Positions 1 to 24,449 of a stretch of DNA of 52,698 bases are shown one piece after another. Positions within the stretch are counted from its first letter, which is position 1; every line of letters starts with the position of its first letter. The DNA comes from Trichinella spiralis (lineage: Eukaryota). The DNA is taken from the NCBI RefSeq assembly GCF_000181795.1, contig NW_003526945.1, positions 124,001 to 176,698 on the forward strand. Reading direction: 5' to 3'. Under the pieces are notes generated by a model that saw only the letters and a program-made list of their open reading frames with translations, made no database searches and was not told where the DNA came from. The position numbers and the translations under genes were made by a program.

Positions 1-860
1 ATTAATAAAGAATGCCTAAATGATAATGCCAAAATCCCATAACAGACAAATTTTTACAAGCGTTATTTGATTGGCGAATGAATCTTTTGTTAAAATTACA
101 CAAAAATCATTTAAAACAACAAATATTCAACAAAAACTTCTTTTTTTTCATTTACATGTAACATGCAAGAATCATCATCTGATTTAATGTATTCAAATGT
201 AAAAAGGATCACTAATTCAAAAACAGGTAAAAATTTAACTGTAAAAGCATTCATTTATATTTTTCGTAAACGGTTGAAATAATAGTAGAAAAAAACTAGA
301 AAAAAAAGACTGAAAGTACATTGAGGAGTAATAAAAACTGACTATGAAAAAAAACAAACCATATAAAAAAGCACTAAAAGAAATATCATTTACCAAGTCT
401 TCAAATACATAATAAAAAACTTACTAATGAATAAAAGTGTATCGTCTTCGTTTGTAAAATTTGAAATCTGTTGCAGTAGTTAGAGCAAAAAATATATGCA
501 AAAAATGATTAGCTGAATATTTAAACAGTTTCAGAAACTATAAACTGCACTTTCAGGGTTGAACAATAAAACTGCCTACTTACAATCAAATACAACAGTC
601 AAATTTGGTCAATCTATCAATTTCAGATTTTCAGGTTCAATTTTAAGTTTTCCAACGCAATATTTTTTTTAATACATTGTTTATATCATAATAAAATAAA
701 AGTTATTATTAAAATTAAATAGTAATTTTATTTCTAACATTTTTAATTTAAAATGTTTTATATGATGAAAATGTGCAAACAGAAAACGAGTTCAGATGAT
801 TCAATTTGACATAATGTAACTGCAATGTAAAATAAAAAAAAATTCTAAAATACAAATATA

Positions 861-888
861 ATTAATTAATTAATTAATTAATTAATTA
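861..888. repeat. (ATTA)n microsatellite
   Basis: attaattaattaattaattaattaatta. Confidence 0.9.
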
Positions 889-2693
889 AATTTTTGACTA
901 TTTCATGGTAACTGTAACAAACTGTACGGTTACTGTAATGAAAGCAGCATATAACCTTTTAATTGAATTGATCGTATGGTTAGCATTAACTCTTTAATTC
1001 GCAGTACATGTTTATGTGAGGTTAAAAATAGAATGATTAAATCAAACAAATATATTTTCGTGTTTATTTTTAATTAATTAATCAATGCATTACGTACATG
1101 TATGTACGTATGTTTGAAATAATTTATGATGACATTGTTTATGGAAATTAAATAGAATTCAAAAATTGGTATTAGTAAAATATAATACTGAGACGGTATT
1201 ATTTTTAAAAAACGGAGAAGAAGAAAAATTAACAGACAGTATGAAGTTTAATTCGAAGGTCGTTGAACTGAATATGTTTCATCTAGCCTGAATTAATCAT
1301 CAGAACGAGCTATATTATCAGAGTGGAAGAAAATTCACTTGCCATTAGCATCTTTTTCTAACTGACACACATTCTCGTTTGACATTTAATGTATCTTGAA
1401 AAGAAAACGTGCATTAAACAGCAGCACCTGCCAGTGAAAACATTAACTTCATTTTCAAAGCAACGCAACGTCACGTCTGGAATGATGATGCACCAGTCCC
1501 GTTCATGTTCGCCATAAAATAGAACAAACTAATGGATTCATTTCTTTTACAACCAGTTAAAATGGTCTCTATTATACTGCTGTGCTTTTACAATAGCCAA
1601 CAATTTCATTTAATTTCTTCACAAACATCTTTAACTGTGTTCATTATTCATTTTTCCATCATAAAAAATTATCACCATTATTCACACAGCTAACCTGGTG
1701 TTAAAATGAAGTGCTTCATTCAGTGTTTGATTCATATCCTCAATTATATGCATTCAAACAACTCTTTAAACTATTAAAACAGTAAATCAGAACAATCTAT
1801 TTGAACATTGCTCATGCACATTACTTCCGTGTAAACTTTCTATTCAATTTTATTAAACTACAAATGACAAAAAATTGCATATGTAAAAGTTTATTTTTCT
1901 GTAATCTGAAAAAAAGGTATATAAACGATGTTTTTCAAAAATCGGTTCATCCAGTACAATATAACAGACAGAAAGGTCAAAATGCCCTTTACAAAAGAAA
2001 AAACAAGAAAAGAAGAACATTAAGTGTCAAAGGTAAGTTTAAAGTTTTGTGGTGCCAAAGCGAAATATACCATCTTGAATTTCGAAAAGAGAAAAGGATT
2101 ATTCTCATCTGAATTACGGTAAAACTAGTTTTTTTGTACAACTTTACCAGAATTGGTTTTTAAAATAGTACATAAATTTTAAATAACTGATGTGACAGTT
2201 GTTAACTAAATTTTTAAAAATTTCCAATACTATATAATGTACACAAATAGAACTAAAAGCAAATATTTATATTCTATTATATTATATTATTAGATATATT
2301 TAACATTCGATTAGTCATCTGATAAAAAAAACAACAGAAAAATGATGCTGATTTGTTATCGATCATGTAAAAATATTTCACGTTTCACTAGTGAAGTATT
2401 TTTTTAAATTTATTCTTCTCTGGCGTGTAGCGTCAACTTTTATTAATAATCGTAAGCATCCATCATTGATCTGCTGTCTTGAGTTACGTGGAAAGTGCTA
2501 ATGTTTCTTTTTGGGTGTGATGTTTAAATTTACGCATTATTTTCAAAGTTTTTGCAATAAGATGATTTTGAAAATAAAATGTTTTGCTAATACTTTGTAA
2601 TTTGCACTTTTTTCCATTGAATAAATAATATTTTATAAAAAATTGACAAATATGACATGCGGTGAAGTTTTCCCTTGTTTAATAAATAAATAA

Positions 2694-2694
<1 letters not shown>

Positions 2695-2738
<44 letters not shown>
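2695..2738. repeat. (TA)n microsatellite
   Basis: Near-perfect TA run. Similar runs occur at ~7596-7620, 13016-13046, 14992-15042 and 19652-19683. Confidence 0.9.
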
Positions 2739-2742
<4 letters not shown>

Positions 2743-4938
2743 TCAGTTCCCCAATGTGAGCATGACAAGCGCTAGTATTTCATTGTTTTTTTTGTGTTCC
2801 TTTTCTATTTCAGTTTAAAATACATTCGACGATACGTCGGTTACAGTTTGGTTATCTTTTTTCTTTTACGTCAACAAATTTTTATTTGTATGATTTTAAA
2901 TTAAGAAAATAACGTTGTTTGGATGAATTTTATTTTTCGCATTATTATTCTCATTTCCATATCTGTGTCAGGAGAAGATTAAATTTGCTTTCTGTAAAAA
3001 ATAAAAAAAAACAGGAATGAATAAATAAATGTCATTGGAAAATTTACATTTAAATAAAAAATAATTACCAAATATCCAATAATGGTATTTAATGATCAAT
3101 AAATTTGCAATGAAAAGAAAACAGATGAATATTAGTAGAATAAGCTAGAAAATTAAGTTCCTTGTTGCAACAATGATCACATTACATGAAACCAAATGTT
3201 GACAGTTGAGAGAATTTTTGCTTAGACAGTTAAAAACAAACGACAATTGTATAAAATAAACAGAATGGAAATTTTGCTCAGGTGCGTTTTTGTTTGATGA
3301 GTCATTGCTAGCCGCGCCTTTGTAATTAAAACCTGCATGTCATAAAAAAAATACGGTAAAACGGAGCGGTCGCCAGATGAATATTTGTAACGCGTATGCT
3401 GTTGATCAGTTGGGAACATTTTCCGCTATTTGCGATGTGTCATTATTTGATTGTATTGCCGCTGCTGTGTGCATAAGTTTTTCCGTTGAAAATAATTTAT
3501 AGAGGTTTGTTTTTATTTTATACTTTAAAACTGATCTGTATATACGTATGGACAAATATTTTTTATAAATAAATGAATAAAAGTAAATACATGCATATAT
3601 AAATTGAGATGAGTGAGTATGTGTATGTGTGTGTGTGTACCGATGTAAAGAGTGCTTGATTTGGGTGGGGATTTTTGTTTGTATACTTGTATTTTTGTTT
3701 GTAGTGTTGAATTTTTTGAGCACGGCAGTTGGATGAGAATGTTATTAAGATTTGTGTTCGGTCGGGGTGCCGCTTACAATCCGATAATATTAGCATTGGA
3801 TTGTTGTTTGAACAAGCGGATCGAACGTTCGTCACTCATTTAGGTCTGTTTGCTTATCTATATATCAGCACCGTCATAATCGTGCTCTTGACGACGACAT
3901 GGACAATAATGTCTCCAACCGGTAATTTGTTAACACATTGAATGTAATAAGATTGGGTCGATTTTGACCGCATCAATGATCTCAACATGTAACATGAACA
4001 GAGTTAAAAATAAATATGGAAAAGAAGAGGAGAATCTTTTTTATTGGAAAAAAATATGTATATGAAAGAAATGAATAAGAATAATTGAGCAGAAGAAGAA
4101 AAAGAAGAAAAATTGGTTCGTTGTTGTTGTTGTTTAGTTGGTCGGTTGATTTTTCTTTTGGTCAATAGAATGAATAGATTGATGTATGTATGTATGTATG
4201 TAATGTTCATTGTTCAATAGATCAGAGCACATTATCTGCTAACAGACTGACTGGCCAATATCTATCTTCTCAATGTTTTATGCACCTTGTTGTGTGTGTG
4301 TGTGTGCATGGGAGACACAAATATATACACAATTTATTATTACTTTCCTAATTGATTAGAACGACGACAACGGCAACGGAACGGATCGATCAAATGGAAC
4401 AATGTCGGTTAGCATTAACAAAATTTCTTGCACGCGTATCTTTTTCACACTTTCGACCTGATGGCGCCTGGTCTCAAATTTGCGTCACATTATTTATTAT
4501 TATTATTATTATGGGATATTTTTTTCTGGTCAAGAGATCTTTTCATTCACATTTGCACATCAGGTCAATCGGTGAAAAACTAGCACAGGCCAAAAATGAT
4601 TTTGGTGGCGTTATTATTATTTTTTTTTAAATTTCATGCTTATTATTATTCTAATAGAATATAGTTTTGCTTGTTGGAATTGGTGTAGAGAATTTTTTAC
4701 GTGAGCTGAAAGAGACCAAAGTGAGAGTGAGTGAGTGAATGAGTTTGAAAAGCAGTCGGATCAATCAGCAGCACGGTGTTTGACTGGCCAGGCGACCTGA
4801 AGCTCCGTTCCACTAGGCTAGTTTAGACATGGCGCGTTCGTCGTCCGAGGCGCGCAAGCGAGCGTTGATTGACAACTGCAATTCGTAAATGAGATTCGTC
4901 GAAACGATTCACCAAGTCCAACTGCAATCTTCATTCTC

Positions 4939-4961
4939 ATTGGTCAATTATAAAAGCCAAT
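4939..4961 (+). promoter_or_regulatory. Candidate core promoter of the Groucho gene (ATTGG - TATAAAA - CCAAT)
   Basis: ATTGG at 4939-4943, TATAAAA at 4949-4955 and CCAAT at 4957-4961, just downstream of a locally GC/CpG-rich patch (~4770-4870) and ~820 bp upstream of the ATG. Confidence 0.4.
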
Positions 4962-4985
4962 CATTTTCCAAATGAATGTCAATTG

Positions 4986-5296
4986 TCGGCTCGTCTCGTC
5001 TCGTCTCGTCATGTCTCGTCTCGTCTCGTCTTGGCTCGGCTCGGCTCGGCTCGGTTCGGCTCGGCTCTGCTCTGCTCTGCTCTGTTCTCGGCCTGGCCAG
5101 TCCGTCAGTCAGTCGGTAAAACAGACGACGATGACACTACTCCTACTACTACTACTATTACTATTACTATTACTATTACTATTACTATTACTATTACTAC
5201 TACTACTACTTACTACTACTTACTACTACTACTACTACTACTACAACTACAACTACTACTACACTATTGCTATTGCTGCTGCTGGCTGCTGGCTGC
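4986..5296. repeat. Compound microsatellite (TCGTC)n-(TCGGC)n-(TCTGC)n-(CAGT)n-(GAC)n-(TAC/TATTAC)n-(TGC)n
   Basis: Visible directly in the sequence. It accounts for the spurious poly-L/T/Y ORFs at 4972-5379. Confidence 0.95.
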
Positions 5297-5618
5297 ATTC
5301 GCGTGCGGCCGGTCGTCATTTCTTCATTTTACTTATCTTTTTTTCCCCCATTATTATTATCATTACTGAATATTTATGATTATTATTTCATTCCCCCCCC
5401 TCCCTTATACATCATTTCTTATTGTCTACTTTGTCAGCTTTACAAATTTATGAATTTTTTTTTCTAATTTTGCATTTTTTTCCATCCACCTCCTTTCTTC
5501 TCTCCTCTATTTATCTATATCTTATATATATTCCCGTGTACATGTAGATGTATGTGCGTGTATTTTAAAGAAAATATTGTTTAACAAAAAAAAGTTTTCT
5601 TTTTTAAATATATTTTTA

Positions 5619-5625
5619 TTTTCAG
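5619..5625 (+). other. TTTTCAG 3' splice or trans-splice acceptor at the start of the ATG-containing Groucho exon
   Basis: Perfect nematode-type TTTTCAG after a T-rich tract, 148 nt upstream of ATG 5774. Confidence 0.55.
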
Positions 5626-5773
5626 ATTTCGCACAGCGCTGAGGTGAAATTTGGTGGTAGCTGTGCGTGCGTGTGCGTGTGCGTGTCTGTGTCTGTTGTG
5701 TGCTTTTCCAATTTGAAACTGAAGATTTGAAGACAATTATCCAATTCCATTGTTCACTGACAAACTTTTCGAC

Positions 5774-17957
<12,184 letters not shown>

Positions 17958-18112
17958 AGCAATAGATTTGAATATAACGCTTTATATGAAGTTGGGCATT
18001 CCGAACAAGATGTGTGTTTGTGTGTGTTTGTATGTATGTGTCTGTGTGTGTGTGTGAGTATACTGTAAACCATTTTTTCAAGTATGTTTTTACTGTTTTA
18101 AAGTTTTTTCTC

Positions 18113-18220
18113 ATTATTATTCTCATTCTTATCATCATCATCATTATTATTATTATTACTATTATTATTATTACTATTATTATTATTATTATTGATATTA
18201 TTATTATTATTATTATTATT
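18113..18220. repeat. (ATT/ATC/ACT)n trinucleotide repeat in the presumed Groucho 3' UTR
   Basis: Visible ATT-rich triplet run, followed by candidate poly(A) signals AATAAA at 18255 and 18273. Confidence 0.9.
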
Positions 18221-19649
18221 TATACGCAGCTTAATATTGAAGTACCTGTTTGTTAATAAAACTCACGAAACGAATAAAAATAAATATTTTTTGTTGTTAA
18301 CTAACTATGCAGTCTTTATTTATCAGTCGTTGAAAACTTTCAAATTGCATAATGCATGTAAATATGAATTGATTTTTCCAATTCAGTAAATAATATGAAT
18401 GTGAGAAACTCGCATATGAAGTTATGAGGAAGAAAAAGAAAAGAAAGAAAGAATGAATGAATGGATGAATGAATGTATTTGAAATGTGATTTTAAAAATG
18501 AGAAAAAACCATAAATGCAGTTTAATTATTGTTATTTCATTTTAGCTTTTGTTACAAGTTTATATGAATGTGTGTGTGTGTGTGTGTGGGAATTGTATGT
18601 ATGAGTTAGAAGAGAAATTATAGCATTTCTATATTATAGTGGAAATGTTGGATTGGAAAATTTTCAGTTTGCCATTGTCTGCTTGTAATGTGTTCGTTCA
18701 ACAACTGCATCCAGTGTTGATGCAGGCGAGAAACATTTGTCAAGAAAGCAATAGCAACGTTTTGCTTTTGTGCTGTTGTTGTTTGTCTACTGCTGGTTGT
18801 AATTTTTCCAATAATAACACAGCAAACGCATGTTGCGTTGTCATTTTCTATTTGCATTTAACACTAGCCACCGGCAAGTAAATATTCGCTTTTGCGACTT
18901 CTTTAATCTAAACTGCGACCTGCATTTCGATAACACTTGCTTTGGTGATTTATTAAGTTTCACTTTCCACTGCGCCACAGCGAAATAACTTCTTCATTGC
19001 TGCATGCGGCAACAATTTTCATCATTCATTAAATCCATTATTTGAATATTTTGCTGTCGACTTTTCTCTCTCCATTTCACCATTTTTACAAAGTAAAAAA
19101 CTTTTTTCTGCTTTTCATGTAAAATTCTTTCAGCTCAGAATTTCTGCACGGCAATTGTAAACTTTTTGCTCTCTTTGAAGTGACGTTAGTCATCTTTTTA
19201 CTTTAAATTCAAAAACCATTATATTATGATTGCTTATGATGATAAGAAGAGGTTAATTTTTAAAATTTCAAAATACTTCTTGTTATTTATATCTCATTAA
19301 TGATATCATCCGATAAGATATTGTATTTATATGTGATTCAGATTTCAATACTAATAATAAATAATAGCTTGCCTGTTCGCAGTTTTCAGATAAAATTTCA
19401 AATAGACAATTATCACTAATTGCACGCACTACTGTTTAACTAGTAGAGTCGTTATTTGCATACCGTTAAATCATGCTGATCAAATCATAAATTTGACCGA
19501 TTATTATTATTATTATTATTATTATATTTACAAAAATAAAAAAGAAAACACGTGACTTGTACCAATTATTGTAGCTATTAAAAGTTTCGCAGCTTTTAAT
19601 ATTAATGAATAAATTGCTTCAGTATTTTGGTAACAGAATCGGAAAAATG

Positions 19650-19686
<37 letters not shown>

Positions 19687-20493
19687 TTGTATACGTGTTA
19701 ATGTATCATCTTTTGAATACAAAATAGATATATTCTTCCAAAAAGAGAGCTTTTTTGCAGTTATTCCATTTTCTTTTATTAAAACTTATCCAGGTAAACA
19801 TCATAGTAAAACCTTCTGAAAACAAAATATATCCATTTTAAATAATCCATTGCATCCGTGAGTTTATTGGAAGATTACTGTCATTTTGGTAAAGTTGTTA
19901 TTTAAAATTATTGCCAATTGGTATTCAACATGGATCACACTTGAATATCACTTTTCTCACTGTACATTTATACAGACTCTAACAAGTTGAACAGCGTAAT
20001 TCATTGGCAATTATTTTTCAAATACAATTATTATGATATATTTTTTATTTCTGTTTATCTATTCAAAAATCTTGAAATATGTTTCATGAAAGTTTTTATA
20101 TATTTATAAATTTGCTACTTTTAGCCGTGTGTATAATTTTTCACAGGCTTTGCTTGAATATACAATTCTGTGTAAAAAAGAGCGCACAAAGAAAAAAATG
20201 TGTGAAATTAAAATAATAAAAAAATAATATGTTGATTTAATTAGCAATTATTAAGCAAAAATTTAATAACGCTGAGCAGCTGATTTCACATTAGCGTGTC
20301 AGAGATTTTCATTAGTGTTGTTGAAGAAACGCAGAAAGCAGCAGAGAGAGGGAGAGATTTTGTTTAAAATCCCGTCACACATTTTCGTTGAGCAAACAAG
20401 CACAACAGCGTTTGATTGTGTATACAGGGGAAGAAAATTAGCCGAATATGTAAAATACAATTTAATTGGCAGGTTTATGAGCCGGAGAAAAGC

Positions 20494-21499
20494 ATGGCAC
20501 CAAGAAGTAACAACGTAGAAGAAGATGATTATGATAGCGGTACGTTAACAAAGAAAGCTTTTTTGAATTTTTTAATTTCGATAAAGTCTTTGTTTGCTGT
20601 AGACATTTCAAGTCAATGTTAGGCAATGTATGTTTTACCAGTTTGCTTTCGATAAACCGAAAGCAAGCAAACAGCAAGCAGTATTATTATTGTTGTTATT
20701 AATGTTCATGTGATCAAGTTTTAAAATCAAATGAGTACAGAAATAAATTGTTAATATTTTGAATTATAATATTGGTAGTTTTTAAAATTTTGCTTCGCAT
20801 TTATTCGTTCGAGTGCATTTGTTCATTGCTTTTGTTCAAGGATGTTTGTCCTATATATACTTCAGACGAGGAAACGGTTAGCATACAAAAGATGAGCATT
20901 CGCATACAGAAAAAACTTGTCAGTAAAATGGTATCGAGTAATGTGGCGCGGATGCTGTTCACTGATCGTGCTGTTCAATTTTTGGATAGTTTGAACTCTG
21001 TGCTGAAAGCGATTTTCACTTCAAAAGAATCAAAAAAAGTATTTTATTATTATTTGTATAATTGTATAATTTGTTGTTTCAGAAATTATTATCCAATGTC
21101 TAGGTTATTAAAAATGTGATTAAAATTACGGGAAAAATTTATCTGCTCAATCAGAATAATCAGTTTTCAAATGAAGAAATGGCAAGTTTGGAAGATTTTC
21201 AAAAACGATTCCATCGTCTGTTTTTGGCGGTGATCAGTTTCCACGAGGTTACCTATTCGTACAACCGTGACTATTTGAGTGAAAAGCTGAACAAATTGGG
21301 AAGTGTTTTAATATCAATAATTGATGGTCATTTGTCAGAAAAATCAAAAGAACGAGTTCGCAGCGTTGTATTTTATTTGACGAATGAAAAATTCTTGGAT
21401 TATCTGTATTCCATTCATGGGCGTTCCCCTGAGCACATTCTTTTAGCCGAATCATTCTTCACTAATGCAAAAAATTTCGTCGATGCAGATGAATTTTGA
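20494..21499 (+). CDS. TNFAIP8: TNFAIP8/TIPE family protein (TNF-alpha-induced protein 8-like; Drosophila sigmar-like), 3 exons, ~204 aa
   Basis: Exons 20494-20539, 20866-21038 and 21104-21499 (GT-AG, in frame). The protein ..SIRIQKKLVSKMVSSNVARMLFTDRAVQFLDSL..KESKKVIKNVIKITGKIYLLNQNNQFSNEE..FQKRFHRLFLAVISFHEVTYSYNRDYLS..IDGHLSEKSKERVRSVVFYLTNEKFLDYLY matches the recalled TNFAIP8 pattern (AQKKILGKM, NNQFN, SFHQVDYTFDR, HLTAKSHGRV, EFLAALY). The first exon is less certain. Confidence 0.88.
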
Positions 21500-22253
21500 G
21501 AATATCTATTTGTTATCATACGATTGCGATAAAATTATTATTACTATTGATGAAATTGCCATCATAAAATGTTCCATTTGTACGTATGTTATCACAACAG
21601 TCGTTTCAACACAGATATGAATTTCTTGCGACTGGCTGTGCATGCTTTTTTTCCATTGTTTTTTATGCAACTGATTTGACGTATTCGAAATAAAATTATT
21701 CTTAATATATTCCATTTCTTCTTGTAATAAATATATCATCTTATTGCATTATGTTATTTTGCAGTGAATGATTGATTTGATTTCATTTCATTTCAACCCA
21801 TTGAAAATGAAATGAAAAAGGCTATATTATTTATTCATTCATCATTGTATTCATGATACAATTGACATATTTCTAATAATAAATAAATTTATACATTTGT
21901 GCATCATATTGACATCAATATCAAATATCAGTATAGTATTATATTAATATTAATATTAATATGACATTCGTGTAGTGTAGCATTTGTTGTAATACACAAA
22001 GCACATTTTATAAGTAAATTTGGGTAAAAAATTCATTGTATTGAAATAGTTTGTTTTCTTGTTCATCTTTTCTTCTCTATTTGTTATGCATGATTTATAT
22101 TTTAAATAATTGTTCTTTTTCAATTTTTAATCTTATTTTAATAATTTATAAAATGAATAAAACGCAATACAAATGATATTATGTATATGATTAACAAACA
22201 CAACAAACAACAAGCGGATGAAGAAGGATTGTGATGGTAATTTTCAATTTGAA

Positions 22254-24449
22254 CTAAAAGATTGAACAAATGATTGAGCATTTTTCACAATCTGTCGTTG
22301 TAGTTGTGTCATGTACTGATAAGGATCTTTGAAAATCGAAACTTTTGTCTTGAAATGCTTGTTTGTTATGCGTTTCTTTCATTCGGAAAAACAGTTGCCG
22401 GCGAATTCCTTCAGCTGCAGTGTAGACATTACCATTTGTTGTTGCTGCATTCATTTCTAAATTTTCCGCTTGAACATGAAGCATTGTATTGTTGTTGTTG
22501 TTATTGTTGTTGTTCATATGCTTTTGTTCATTATTATTATTATTATTATTAGCATTATTGCTGCTGCTGTTGTTGTTATCCATTAACCAAGAATGTTTCA
22601 GCTGCTGTTTAGCGGAAAGGCGTTGCTTTGCATTCAATTTGAGAATGTTCGTTATCAAATCTTTGCATTGGTTTGAAATGAAATTTGGCAACTTGACTGA
22701 AACCGTTTGAATCAATTGTTTCACTTTTCCCGCAGTTTCAGCTTCGAATGGTTGATTAGCCGTAAGCATGAACAATAACAATACGCCAAGTGACCAGATG
22801 TCCGTTTGGAAAGGATCAAATGGAACCAGAGTTGCAGTGCTGGTGTCTTGAAGTAGTTCAGGAGCAATGTATGGCATTGAACCGCAATAATTGGTTACGG
22901 TCAAATTCGATTCGGTCAGTTGATTGCTGAAACCAAAATCGCAAAGCTTGATAACACCTCGCTCGCTGCGCAGCACGTTCTCAGGCTTTATATCGCGGTG
23001 CGCTACTAATTTTTCATGCTAAAATAGGTTTTTCCACTCGTTCTGCTGCTCGAATAGTAAATAATAAAACATGCAAATTTAAAATTCTTCTCACCAAATA
23101 CGTTATAGCCAATAGAAGTTGTTTGTATATTGATTTCGTTTCTCTTTCTTCAAGTTTACCTTTCCGTTTAACATATCTCAACAGATCCCCGCCGGCTATC
23201 AATTCCAACACTAAATACGTTCTCGGCAATGTTTCAATCACTTCAAACAGGCGAACAATGTTCGGGTGAAATATACTTTCCAAGCATCGTATTTCTTGCA
23301 TTGTCACTTTCTCTCCGTCACCATTTTTCATCTGATCACGGTCAACAATTTTTATTGCCACTTCTTCTATAAACTTTTCATTCAATCTCGCATAAGTAAG
23401 TTACTTAATGAATATTTCAATTTTTCCTTTGTCTTTTCTATTTCTTCAATTCAATAATTCCAATTTGCAAACTAAATTCTACTTCATACTTTCCATTCTT
23501 TTTTCTTGCTGTTTACATGTAACATTTGCATTTTATTTTAAAATTTATCTATCCTCAGGATCAGAGAGGGTTTCTTCGTGATTCACTTATCTGTCAGTAA
23601 TAATACTTTGAAGAAAATTAAAGTCAAAATTTCAATCAGGAAATAATTAATCAACTTGTAAATTGCTATTCTCGTCAATCAATTGTTATTGTACCAGTAT
23701 GCTCAGAACTTGGGCTTTTTTCCCCCTATATGACAAGCTGTAATGAAAATTACAAAATTAAATATGTCAAACATGTTTATCATGAACAACAATAACAACA
23801 GTTGCCATGATACATTTGTCAAATTGACTGCTTGTATGCTATTAATTTTAATGATTTCCTTAAAAAGTCTCCTCCATGACACAAAGGCAATAAAATCAAG
23901 GTAACTAAGATAATAATATTGACTAGGACATTTGAATATTTTTGTGAAATTTTGAAGCAAAAAAGAAAGAAAATCAAAATGAAACAAAAAAGTCCCAGAA
24001 AAGAGAGAAGAAATAATCTTCTTGCCAATGAATGCATCGTTATCGTTAGTAGTAATTACTTGAATTGCGTGATACTGTAATGACAAGCGTCACAGAATCT
24101 GATATTTGCCATTTGATTTTATAAATTAATTTCTTCTTTTAATAATATAAAATATTAAAAAGAGAATAACATACAACTCACCTTTGGTTAATATGTGCAC
24201 GGATCGTTTCACTTTTGAATATCGACCACTGCCAATTTGTTCACCAATTTGATAAAGACGAACTCTTTTACCACTTTTGTGATCATGATTATGATGAACC
24301 AGTGGAATGTCAAGATTCAGCTGATCTAGAACTTTCTGATAAAGCTGCAAAGTTGGATTGAAACACTCTGAAAGTGTTCTTTGATTGCGATTTATGCAAA
24401 CTTTGCTTATTGATGATTCTTTTTTCCACAATTTATGTTCTTTCAGCAT
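22254..24449 (-). CDS. NIM1K: Ser/Thr protein kinase, CAMK group AMPK-related, NIM1K-like; 3 exons, ~434 aa
   Basis: Exons 24449-24182, 23366-23095 and 23018-22254 (GT-AG, in frame). Motifs: GKRVRLYQIGEQIGSGRYSKVK, EVAIK, HPNIVRLFEV, HRDIKPEN, DFG, YCGSMPYIAPE, DIWSLGV, PFEAETAGKVK. The GKR..Y and PFxAET features resemble NIM1K. The Asn-rich tail is encoded by AAC/AAT repeats. Kinase identity is certain; the subfamily is less so. Confidence 0.85.

Noticed and set aside
1801..2112. 103-aa Lys-rich ORF
   Set aside because: TTG start, AT-driven composition, and no recognisable domain or splice support.
4972..5379. 135-aa and 128-aa ORFs with poly-L/T/Y runs
   Set aside because: They are translations of the compound microsatellite.
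18618..19200. GC-richer stretch with short ORFs between Groucho and TNFAIP8
   Set aside because: All frames checked are interrupted, with no convincing splice chain or homology.
20841..20865. Alternative acceptor aag|GATGTTTGT for TNFAIP8 exon 2
   Set aside because: Phase 0 is incompatible with the phase-1 donor at 20540; ttcag|20866 fits.
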